Source: Eledone cirrhosa
Lineage: Eukaryota
Direction: 5' to 3'
DNA: 64,000 nucleotides
Assembly: GCA_964016885.1 (NCBI GenBank)
Contig: OZ024741.1
Location: 156,860,001 to 156,924,000, forward strand
Shown here: positions 53,640 to 64,000 of the stretch, piece by piece
Numbering within the stretch: the stretch's first letter is position 1
Layout: each line of letters begins with the position of its first letter
Position numbers and translations under genes: made by a program
The notes under the pieces: model-generated
Database searches by the model: none
What the model was told of the DNA's origin: nothing
What the model saw: only the letters and a program-made list of their open reading frames with translations

Positions 53640-53845
53640 TATATGGAACTCCTTTAACCATCTTTTGATCTTATATTATGCATACTCCAGTCCCACAAAC
53701 TGTAGAGTGCTTCTTATCCGATATCTGCATTGCTTTATTGTACTACAATAAAACTCACCTCCTACATTAACTTGCTCCTTAACGGTTGAGCGCTTACTCT
53801 CATATTGGATACCTTTTGATGGTCCTTCACCTCTTCTTCTACAAC

Positions 53846-56248
53846 ATGGATTATTACAACATAACCAATTCAACTAAAGATATTCCTATACCTGGTAAAT
53901 CTGAATTCACCAAACTTCTTATTGAAAAAACTGACTCCTTCGTAAGAAGACTTAGATGGACAGCCTATTTCTATGACCAGCGCCTAAAAGGGAACTTTCA
54001 TACCAAAGAACACAACTTCCTCGATCATCTTTTTAATTCTAGACGAAATCCTCCTTCCAACAAAAATCTAGCACAATTCGAGGAAGAATTAACTAAAATT
54101 ATAAAAAATCTTAAATTCAAGAGATACCCTTACAAAGGACAAGAGCACCTTGTAAATCTCAAGAACACAATCTCTAACCTAAATTCCTCAAAAAATGTTT
54201 TAGTCCACTCTGACAAAACCAATAACCTATATGGTATTTCCAAGGATAATTATAACAACCTTATCCTAAAGGAACTTAGGAAAAAGTATCGTAAAACCAA
54301 CCATGAAAATTTAGAATGCATAAACCTTGAAGCCTATGAGATTATGTCAAAACTTGGCATTGAAAAAAAGACCGAACCATTCCTCCCAAGAACTCCGAGG
54401 ATAAATCTCAAGGATCACAAAAACAATTTTCGCACTGAACTACCTGTTAGATTAATCGCCCCCTCTAAATCTGATCTGGGGGTTGTTAGTAAAGCCATCT
54501 TGGATAGGATTATCCCACAGGTTAGTTCTAATTGCTCTTCCTTAAACCTAAATTTATGGTTTGGTACTTCTGAAGTGATTGGCTGGTTCAACAAATTGGA
54601 TAATAAAAACAAACTAAAATTTATTCAATTCGATATTGCCAGCTACTATTCCTCCATTTCGCCTTCACTTCTCAATAATGCTCTATCTTTCGCACTTAAA
54701 TATTCTGACATCACCACAGATGAACTTCACATCATCCTCACCGCACGTAAAACCATCCTAGAGTTCAACAACGAATATTGGACCAGAGCCGATACCTCTA
54801 ACAACTTCGACATCACAATGGGAGCATCCGATTCATCCCAATTGACTGATTTAATTGGTATCTTCATTTTGAACTCTTTGAGTCGGAAAATTCCTCAACT
54901 TCGCGGTGGAATTTATCGTGACGATGGACTCTTTACTATCCTAAATTGCAATATAGTTAAACTTAATATTATTAAGAACAATATACGTAATCTCTTTAAC
55001 CAACATAACCTAAAAATTGAATTTGATAATAGTATCAAACTAGCTAATTTCTTGGATGTAGCTCTTAATCTTGACACTGGCCTATATTACCCTTACCATA
55101 AAAACAATGAGAATCTTAATTATGTTAACTTTAAATCTAACCATCCTACCAATATCAAGAATGCTATAGTTAATAATATTGGAAATAGAATATCTAACAT
55201 ATCTTCTAATAAAAACATCTTTGATGCTAACGCCAATTACTATAATAACGCACTTTCTAAAGCCGGCCATCCAGATAAAATCAAATATAATAAAGAAACA
55301 AATTCTAGGAAAACTTACAGTAGAATATTTAATCATAACCATTCCAATAATTTTAATAAAAGACCTAGATACAAAAACATAATCTGGTATAATGCTCCTT
55401 TCTCCATCTCTATTAATAACAATATTCCTAAATTATTTTTTAGTGCCTTAAATAAATGCTTCCCTCCCTCACATATCTATAGTAAAATATTTAACAAACA
55501 CACCATCAAATTTTCGTATTCTACATCCTACAATATTTCCAACATCATCTCTAAACACAACAACAAAATATTAAATACTAAATCTCTTCCTTCCAATATT
55601 GAATTTCATAATAACAGTAATAGTACTCCTGACGTCATTGTAAACCCTAGGCTAACTTCTGTAAACCCAAATGCAACGTCAAACACAACTTCGCTAAATG
55701 TTCATAATCCAACTCTAAATCAAGAAACTATTATTCCTATTATTCCTATCGCAAACAACTTCTCCAATCCAATTCCTTCTATAGATAACACTAGATCACT
55801 CATTAATAATCTCTCTAATTGCAACTGCCGCATTAAAAATAAATGTCCTCTCAACAACCATTGCCTCGATAAAAACTTAATTTATGAATGTAAAATTATA
55901 ACTAGCACCAATTCCTTCACCTATTTTGGCTCCACTTCCACCTCTTTTAAAGCTCGTCTCTATAATCATCATTCATCTTTCAAATACAAACTTAAAAGAA
56001 CTAACACTGCTCTCTCAGAACTCATATGGTCCTTAAAAGACAAAAACATTAAATATAACATCTTTTGGAAAAAGATTTCTTCTGCATCCCCATACTTGAA
56101 CAGCTCTCTATCTAAAATCTGTAATCTCTGCCTAAATGAAAAATTTACCATTATCTCTAACCTAGAATCCATAATAAATAGACGCTCAGATTTGTTTTCT
56201 ATCTGCCTGCATAAATTCCATAGAACTTTTCACAAAGTATACAGTTAA
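53846..56248 (+). CDS. Intact PLE polyprotein: reverse transcriptase, CxCx5Cx5C Zn finger and GIY-YIG endonuclease (Naiad type)
   Basis: Open 800 aa from ATG 53846; STKDIPIP, RRLRW, SDKT, LKDHK, QFDIASYY, MGA, IYRDDGL, NFLDV, WYNAPFS, CNCRIKNKCPLNNHC, LIYEC/YFGST, CNLCLNEK, CLH. Confidence 0.93.
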   Translation: MDYYNITNSTKDIPIPGKSEFTKLLIEKTDSFVRRLRWTAYFYDQRLKGNFHTKEHNFLDHLFNSRRNPPSNKNLAQFEEELTKIIKNLKFKRYPYKGQEHLVNLKNTISNLNSSKNVLVHSDKTNNLYGISKDNYNNLILKELRKKYRKTNHENLECINLEAYEIMSKLGIEKKTEPFLPRTPRINLKDHKNNFRTELPVRLIAPSKSDLGVVSKAILDRIIPQVSSNCSSLNLNLWFGTSEVIGWFNKLDNKNKLKFIQFDIASYYSSISPSLLNNALSFALKYSDITTDELHIILTARKTILEFNNEYWTRADTSNNFDITMGASDSSQLTDLIGIFILNSLSRKIPQLRGGIYRDDGLFTILNCNIVKLNIIKNNIRNLFNQHNLKIEFDNSIKLANFLDVALNLDTGLYYPYHKNNENLNYVNFKSNHPTNIKNAIVNNIGNRISNISSNKNIFDANANYYNNALSKAGHPDKIKYNKETNSRKTYSRIFNHNHSNNFNKRPRYKNIIWYNAPFSISINNNIPKLFFSALNKCFPPSHIYSKIFNKHTIKFSYSTSYNISNIISKHNNKILNTKSLPSNIEFHNNSNSTPDVIVNPRLTSVNPNATSNTTSLNVHNPTLNQETIIPIIPIANNFSNPIPSIDNTRSLINNLSNCNCRIKNKCPLNNHCLDKNLIYECKIITSTNSFTYFGSTSTSFKARLYNHHSSFKYKLKRTNTALSELIWSLKDKNIKYNIFWKKISSASPYLNSSLSKICNLCLNEKFTIISNLESIINRRSDLFSICLHKFHRTFHKVYS

Positions 56249-57695
56249 TATTCAATTCTTTATCAATTTAGAATCTTTTCTCAAAGGCACATATACATAC
56301 ACCTCTTTAAAATATACCCATCTACCTTACTTTAAAGGGCATTATACACTCTATAATACTCGTTTACTCATTACCCTCATTCTATCTTCTCGTAAAACAA
56401 TAACATTTGTTTTTGACATTTTGAATATTCATCCGCAATCATTATTATTTTTCCTCTCTATCATAAATCTTTTTAATCTCAATTTCATCCTTAATTTATT
56501 ATTATATTTTTTTTAATATATACTCATATATTCTTTAAAATATACCCATCTACCTTACTTTAAAGGGCATTATACACTCTATAATACTCGTTTACTCATT
56601 ACCCTCATTCTATCTTCTCGTAAAACAATAACATTTGTTTTTGACATTTTGAGTATTCATCCGCAATCATTATTATTTTTTCTCTCTATCATAAATCTTT
56701 TTAATCTCAATTTCATCCTTAATTTATTATTATTTTTTTCTCCCCATCAACGAACTCATTATTAATGCATATGAATTCAATATACAAACTTTAACTTCAC
56801 ATTATTTTTCTCAAATCCTTCTACACATAAACTTTTTTTCTCTTTGCTAATTTTGAAATTCCCACAATACATACATTTCTTCTTTTGACGTTAGAATATT
56901 CACCCACAATTATTATTTTTTTTTTTTTTTTTTTTTCTCTCTATCTTCATACATAATTTCCCTTCGTTAATTTTCAAATTCCTTTAATTTATACATTATC
57001 TTCCAACGGTTCCCAACCTCTCTATATTAAAACATTATATCTTTTTCTCAGTTATAAAAACTATCTCTTTCTCTCTATCACCCATCTCTCCCTTTCCACC
57101 TTCACTCTCATCTCCTCCCCTTTTTTTCATCCTTTCCAACCCCCCCCCCTCCCTAAATAAAATATTTTTTCCTCGCACATATCCTCCCTTCGTTAATTTT
57201 CAAAATTTTTAATTTATACAGTATCTTCCAACGGTTTTCAACCCCTCTATATAAAATATATCTCCTCTCAGTTATAAAAACTATCTCTTTCTCTCTATCA
57301 CCCATCTCTCCCTCTCATCTCCTTCCCTTTTCATCCTTTTCTTCCCCCCCTCTCTAAATAAAATATTTTTCCCAATATCACACATCAATCTAAAACCACT
57401 TTTCATATGTTGATTTAAAACTGCACTATCAACTAGTGTTTTTTAGCCTTCATATCATGTTCTCCTGTTTTATCTGATGAAAACACAAATATTATTGTTT
57501 GATGATGTTTGTTTTTGAAATGCGCATAATAAAATATATGGAACTCCTTTAACCATCTTTTGATCTTATATTATGCATACTCCAGTCCCACAAACTGTAG
57601 AGTGCTTCTTATCCGATATCTGCATTGCTTTATTGTACTACAATAAAACTCACCTCCTACATATATATATATACATATATATATATGTATGTATG

Positions 57696-57754
<59 letters not shown>

Positions 57755-57759
<5 letters not shown>

Positions 57760-58484
57760 GAATAATCGAGAATCGGAAAGTCAGCTTACGAATTTACGAT
57801 TAACAAAGTCGATATGCGTAGCAGGGGGCTCAATAATTTGGGTAAATCAGAGCTATAACTATCGTTAAAATGCTAACACATAGAGATCATGTCTAAAATC
57901 ACCCAACAGCCGAGAGAACGACCAGGAAGATTCGGGTTAACTCAAATAAAATATCAATAAATCAATAAATTAAATGAATATAAAAACTTACCCGGACCCG
58001 CTAGAAAGATGTTAAATCTAGCTTCATGGGTTTCTGCAATTCCTTACTCCGATCACTATCAGCCCACATAAAAAATATATATGAGACTTCTAGAGAAGGG
58101 GGGACGGTGGAAAAGCTTCTTCAACGGGAAATCCGTCCGATAATGAGAAGTAACCCCGTAGCTAAATACGCACATGGTTTTCAGCAAGGGAGATAACCTC
58201 CACATTAGCGAAAAAATCTTCGGTAATGTGTAAATCTCGTAAAAATACAAAATATCACATATCGAATCAGAGTGCTCGATGGACGTGTTAAAATAAACAA
58301 GAGCCATTCATCAGTCAATAAGATCGACATAGAACGATAAAATTAACTGGTCAATGGCTAACATCTAGAGCTAAATATAGTAGAATAATCGAGAATCGGA
58401 AAGTCAGCTTACGAATTTACGATAAACAAAGTCGATATGCGTAGCAGAGGGCTCAATAATTTGGGTAAATCAGAGCTATAACTA
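57755..58484 (-). mobile_element. Non-coding partial-tandem element (~623-nt unit), related to the 30k/41k family
   Basis: ~107-bp direct repeat 57755-57862 / 58378-58484 carrying the GCTC-TGA..TTA-TT-GAGC hairpin; hammerhead degenerate; (TA)n flanks. Confidence 0.65.
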
Positions 58485-58496
58485 TATATATATATA

Positions 58497-59045
58497 TTTC
58501 TTTTCTTTTCAATGGCTGACAATACCTTACCGGCGCCACTCGAATAAATTACCGGTGCCACAGCTTGAGATCGGTGTGGAAGTCGGACCTTCGTAGAGAC
58601 CTGAAAATCCGCCTCTTCATTTCTGTAGTGGAGTCTGTGCTGCTGTATGGGTCTGAGACTTGGACACTGACCAAGAAACTCACTCAGATGGTGGATGGGT
58701 GCTACACGAGAATGCTGAGGATGGCTCTGAACATTAATCAGTATACACTGAGGATGAAAAACTCAGAGCTATATGGGAGCATCCTAAAAGTCAGCTCAAA
58801 AGTGACACAGAGGAGACTGAGGTTGGCTGGACATGCTCACCGACATCCAGAGTTGACATTGCACTCAGTGCTCCTTTGGGAGCCCCTACATGGACACACT
58901 AGAAGAGGAAGACCAAGGTTAACATATGTTGATGCCCTAAGGACAGACACTGGTCTGTTGGAGATGCAGGATATGGCAGCGATAATGAGGGACAGAGACC
59001 GCTGGAGAGAACTCGTCCATGGATCTCGGGAATTTTACCCGCCTT

Positions 59046-59047
<2 letters not shown>
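58497..59047 (+). mobile_element. 5'-truncated RTE copy with an inverted 5'-UTR fragment
   Basis: 58556-59047 matches 13144-13633; ~58504-58548 is the inverse of 10512-10556. Confidence 0.85.
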
Positions 59048-59117
<70 letters not shown>

Positions 59118-59119
<2 letters not shown>

Positions 59120-59842
59120 GATAAGTTATCGTTATAGGTAATGCAGTTAGAGGTTGTGAGTACTCTGCGTCGTGGATAGTTTTAACGTACGGCTTTGTTT
59201 GACTCAACAAGATGTTTCCATAGTTATGCAGGGAGTTCGCGGTAATTCTTATGCAGGTTATACTTGGAGTAATAATAGTAAAAGAATGAAGAGTAACATG
59301 GTTGGCTGCACAATAAGGGGCATTATTTCAAGTACTGACAATTGTTTCATTGATCAGGTGAGTCTAGATGTCACTAATCGCTTGAAGTTACGTCACTCGA
59401 TCTCCAATACATTATTTAACTCTGATCAACACATCAGAGTACGGAGATATAAAAATAATTCACTCGAGGCAAGATACATATAGAAGAGTAGCGTATAATC
59501 AAAGCAATAACATCAATAATAAAATATATATGGTAAATAGGTAGAAAAGTTACAGATGTAAAAATAAAAAGTAAAAGATAAGATAGGATACAATAAAAAT
59601 GTAAGAAAATAAGAAAATAGGAAATATAAATAAATAAATAAGGATAAGTGAGAGCTTGTAAGTACAGAGTATGTTTGTGGTGGTGGTGAGTAAGTGTTCT
59701 TATAAGGATTCTTTGGTGGGTTTATTGCTAACATGAAAAGCTATATGTATCTTGCCTCGAGTGAATTATTTTTATATCTATGTACTCTGTTGATCAGAGG
59801 TAAATAATGTATTGGAGATCGAGTGACGCAACTTCAAGCGAA
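59118..59842 (-). mobile_element. Naiad-type pLTR plus ~157-nt tail (46-47k family) with short inversion
   Basis: Inverse of 46640-47082; hammerhead 59332-59442 (GTACT/AGTAC stem I); 59743-59842 inverted. Confidence 0.8.
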
Positions 59843-60199
59843 TATATAATTATATGTACACGAATATATAATTATATGTATATATATTGAAATAACAGAT
59901 TAAAGTTTAAGCAAAGAATCGCTGCTTTCACCCTTAACGGGATCTTCTGAAACTAAAAAAATCAATCTGTGAACGCAGAAGTAAATATTTCGAAAAAGGT
60001 TACACACTATATATATATATATATATACACGCTATATATATACATATATACACACACACGCATATAGCGTCATGATGTCGTAATGCAGACAGCCAGACAT
60101 ACAGATAGATACTATAAAGGCGTTATATTTATCTATATATCTATCTAAAAAGAAAGACTAAGAATTATAGCGAGAGATCGCTTTTTCGCCTAATGCGGT

Positions 60200-60354
60200 C
60201 CCTAGGGCATTGAAAATTTGAAATGTTTTACTCAAAACACAACCAGGACCATAAGTAATACATGTGTAACGTTTGAAAACAATCGGTGGGGTGGTTCTCG
60301 AGTTTTAGGGAGTCAGACAGAGAGACAGACATTCTCTGTTTTAGATATATAGAT
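60200..60354 (-). mobile_element. Non-autonomous Helitron-like 5' end
   Basis: Minus strand A|TCTATATAT..AAAA..(CTGT)n..AAAACTCGAGAAC..CCGATT pattern typical of Helitron-N heads. Confidence 0.5.
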
Positions 60355-60457
60355 ATATATACATATATATATATAAATATGCATATATATATATATATAT
60401 ATATACATATATACATATATATATACATATACATATACATATATATACATATATATA

Positions 60458-60521
<64 letters not shown>

Positions 60522-60526
<5 letters not shown>

Positions 60527-60713
60527 GAAGGAAATGTGGTAAGGAACCAGGTGGACCATAACGCACCAAAGTACTCAATACTTAGGGTAGTAGAGTGGGT
60601 AATAAGAACAAGTAAGACCCCGAAGACTGAGCTCAAGCCCTTTCGACGGCTAATTCTGGTCCAGAATTAGCCGTCGAAACGGCTTGAGCTCAGCCGTCGG
60701 GGTCTTACTGGTT

Positions 60714-60718
<5 letters not shown>
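60522..60718 (-). mobile_element. Fold-back mini-PLE (23k Naiad family)
   Basis: Tail plus pLTR end plus ~60-bp inverted arm; (TA)n flanks. Confidence 0.85.
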
Positions 60719-60758
<40 letters not shown>

Positions 60759-60764
60759 ATCTGT

Positions 60765-63700
60765 AATTTTCAAAACAAATCTTTTATTTTTTATGCTTGT
60801 TAAATTATGTCCAAAATAAGAGGAATTTATTTAAACCTTAACCTTCTCGCCATTTCTTCACTCTTCTCACCATTTTGTATTCCCTGGTCCATTCATCTAA
60901 CTGTATCATTTCGCCCAGAATCCAGACTTTGCTTTTTCTATTCGATAATTCTGTCGTATTTTTCAAAACAAATCTTCTTATATATTTTATGCTTGTTAAA
61001 TTATGCCCAAAATACGAGGATTTTATTTAAACCTTAACCTCTGCTCCCACCTATTCTTCACACCCCCCTCCCCCTCTATATCATGCTGGTTCGCCCACAA
61101 TCCCTTCCTCTCTCTCTAAATATAAAATAAATCCTTTGCAAGTACGAAAATCAGAAATCGCCAACCCTTGCAAATGCTTGCACGGTGAAATGTCACGTAC
61201 TAATTGCTATTTCTTCACTCTTCTCTCCAATATTTTTATTCCCTGGTCCATTCATCTATCTGTATCATTTCGCCCTGAATCCAATCTTTGCTTCTTCTAT
61301 TCGGTAATTCTATCGTATTTTTCAAAACAAATCTTGTATTTTTTATGCTTGTTAAATTAAGTCCAAAATATGAGGATCTTATTTAAACCTTAACCTTCTC
61401 GTCAATTCTTCCCGCTACTCTCCATTTTTTATTCCCTGGTCCATCTAACTTTATCATTTCGCCCAGAATCCAATCTTTGCTTTTTCTATGCCATAATTCT
61501 GTCGTATTTTTCAAAACAAATCTTATATTTTTTATGCTTGTTAAATTATGTCCAAAATACGAGGATTTTATTTAAACCTTAATCTCTGCTGCCTCCTATT
61601 CTTCACCCCCCCCCCTCCCCCATATCATGCTGGTTCGCCCTCAATCCCTTCCTCTCCCTCCAAATATGAAATAAATCCTTTGCAAGTACGAAACTCAGAA
61701 ATCCCCAACCCCTTTTCAGGCTAGGCTGCTTGCAAATCTTGTATTTCAAAACAAATCTTGTATGTTTCATGCTTGTTAAATTATGTCCAAAATATGAGGA
61801 TCTTATTTAGACCTTAACCTTCTCACCATTTCTTCACTCTTCTCTCCATTTTTTATTCCCTGGTCCATTCATCTAACTGTATCATTTCGCCCAGAATCAA
61901 ATCTTTGCTTTGTCTATTCGATAATTCTGTCGTATTTTTCAAAACAAATTTTCTTATATTTTTTATGCTTGTTAAATTATGCCCAAAATACGAGGATTTT
62001 ATTTAAACCTTAACCTCTGCTCCCTCCTATTCTACACACACCCTCCCCCTGTATATCATGCTGGTTCGCCCTCAATCCCTTCCTCTCTCTCCAAATATAA
62101 AATAAATCCTTTGCAAGTACGAAACTCAGAAATCGCCATCCCCTTTTCAGGCTAGGCTGCTTGCACGGTGAAATGTTACGTACTAATTGCTATTTCTTCA
62201 CTCTTCTCTCCATTTTTTATTCCCTGGTCCATTCATCTAACTGTATCATTTCGCCCAGAATCCAAACTTTGCTTTTTCTATTCGATAATTCTGTCGTATT
62301 TTTCAAAACAAATCTTCTTATATTTTTTATGCTTTTTAAATTATGCCCAAAATACGAGGATTTTATTTAAACCTTAACTTTCTCGCTATATCTTCACTCT
62401 TCTCTCCATTTTTTATTCCCTGGTCCATCTAACTGTATCATTTCGCCCAGAATCCAAATTTTGCTTTTTCTATTCGAAAATTCTATCGTATTTTTCAAAA
62501 CAAATCTTGTATTTCAAAACAAATCTTGTATTTTTTATGCTTGTTAAATTATGTCCAAAATACGAGGATCTTATTTAAACATTAACCTTCTCGCCATTTC
62601 TTCACTCTTCTCTCCATTTTTTATTCCCTGGTCCATCTAACTGTATCATTTCGCCCAGAATCCAATCTTTGCTTTGTCTATTCGATAATTCTGTCGTAAT
62701 CTTTAAAACAAATCTTCTTATATTTTTTATGCTTGTTAAATTATGCCCAAAATACGTGGATTTTATTTAAACCTTAACCTCTGCTCCCTCCTATTCTTCA
62801 CACCCCCTCCCCCTCTATATCATGCTGGTTCGCCCACAATCCCTTCCTCTCTCTCTAAATATAAAATAAATCCTTTGCAAGTACGAAAATTAGAAATCGC
62901 CAACCCTTGCAAATGCTTGCACGGTGAAATGTCACGTACTAATTGCTATTTCTTCACTCTTCTCTCCCATATTTTTATTCCCTGGTCCATTCATCTATCT
63001 GTATCATTTCGCCCTGAATCCAATCTTTGCTTCTTCTATTCGGTAATTCTGTCGTATTTTTCAAAACAAATCTTGTATTTTTTATGTTTGTTAAATTAAG
63101 TCCAAAATATGAGGATCTTATTTAAACCTTAACCTTCTCGTCAATTCTTCACGCTACTCTCCATTTGTTATTCCCTGGTCCATCTAACTGTATCATTTCG
63201 CCCAGAATCCAAGCTTTGCTTTTTCTATTCGAAAATTGTATCGTATTTTTCAAAACAAATCTTGTATTTCAAAACAAATCTTGTATATTTTATGCTTGTT
63301 AAATTATGTCCAAAATACGAGGATCTTATTTAAACATTAACCTTCTCGCCATTTCTTCACTCTTCTCTCCATTTTTTAATCGCTGGTCCATCTAACTGTA
63401 TCATTTCGCCCAGAATCCAATCTTTGCTTTGTCTATTCGATAATTCTGTCGTAATCTTTAAAACAAATCTTCTTATATTTTTTATGCTTGTAAAATTATG
63501 CCCAAAATACGTGGATTTTATTTAAACCTTAACCTCTGTTCCCTCCTATTCTTTACCGCCCCCCTCTATATCATGCTGGTTTGCCCTCAATCCCTTCCTC
63601 TCTCTCCAAATATAAAATAAATCCTTTGCAAGTACTAAACTCAGAAATCGCCAACCCCTTTTCAGGCTAGGCTGCTCGCATGGTGAAATGTAACGTACTA

Positions 63701-64000
63701 ATTGCTATTTCTTCAGTCTTCTCTCCATTTTTTTATTCCTTGGTCCATTTATCTATCTCTATCATTTCGCCCAGAATCCAATCTTTAATTTTTCTATTCG
63801 ATAATTCTATCGTATTTTTCAAAACTAATCTTGTATTTTTTATGTTTGTTAAATTATGTCCAAAATACTTGGAACTTATTTAAACGTTAACTTTCTTGCC
63901 ATTTCTTCACTCTTCTCTCCATTTTTTATTACCTGGTCCATTCATATAACTGTATCATTTCGCCCAGAATCCAATCCTAGCTTTTTCTATTAGAAAATTC
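60765..64000. repeat. Complex tandem satellite (~195-bp A unit interspersed with ~170-bp B unit)
   Basis: A units near 60853, 61210, 61406, 61829, 62192, 62390, 62597, 62949, 63145, 63352, 63707, 63902; B units near 61041, 61586, 62017, 62781, 63535. Confidence 0.9.

Larger units (their letters stand above)
51527..57662 (+). mobile_element. Young Naiad-type Penelope-like element: inverted pLTR, partial tandem and full unit
   Basis: 51527-52353 is the inverse of 52852-53680; 52353-53767 is a direct repeat of 56022-57662; (TA)n flanks. Confidence 0.95.

Noticed and set aside
58020-58320. Intact hammerhead in the 57.7k element
   Set aside because: CTGATGA lacks a paired GAAA and the GAAAC site has a CTGATAG core; degenerate
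60765-64000. CRISPR-like array
   Set aside because: Eukaryotic satellite; no unique spacers and no cas genes

Overview
A 64-kb AT-rich metazoan repeat landscape, probably octopus/cephalopod (inferred from the SINE family and the dense (TA)n/(TG)n/(AAT)n microsatellites). No host protein-coding exon was recognised. It is a nest of retroelements: Penelope-like elements (PLEs), including one Naiad-type element with an intact ~800-aa RT+GIY-YIG ORF (53846-56248), one decayed Naiad, many truncated or inverted PLE ends, and several non-coding 540-680-nt hammerhead-bearing (retrozyme-like) elements, nearly all inserted in (TA)n. Also present are RTE LINEs, Tx1-like LINEs stacked in (ATT)n, R4/Dong-like RLE LINE ends, a tRNA-derived SINE (about 12 copies), Helitron-like pieces (one near a USP/peptidase-C19 remnant) and a terminal higher-order satellite. 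The most interesting signal is a shared RNA cis-system across divergent Naiad-type and non-coding families. It combines type I hammerhead ribozymes (with covariation, long stem II insertions and U3-A8 core variants) with a conserved 'YTC-stem-loop-2nt bulge-GAR' hairpin that sits about 2-8 nt 3' of the insertion end-points that could be mapped in these families. This suggests two hairpin-positioned internal priming sites for reverse transcription. All structures were read by eye, not computed.
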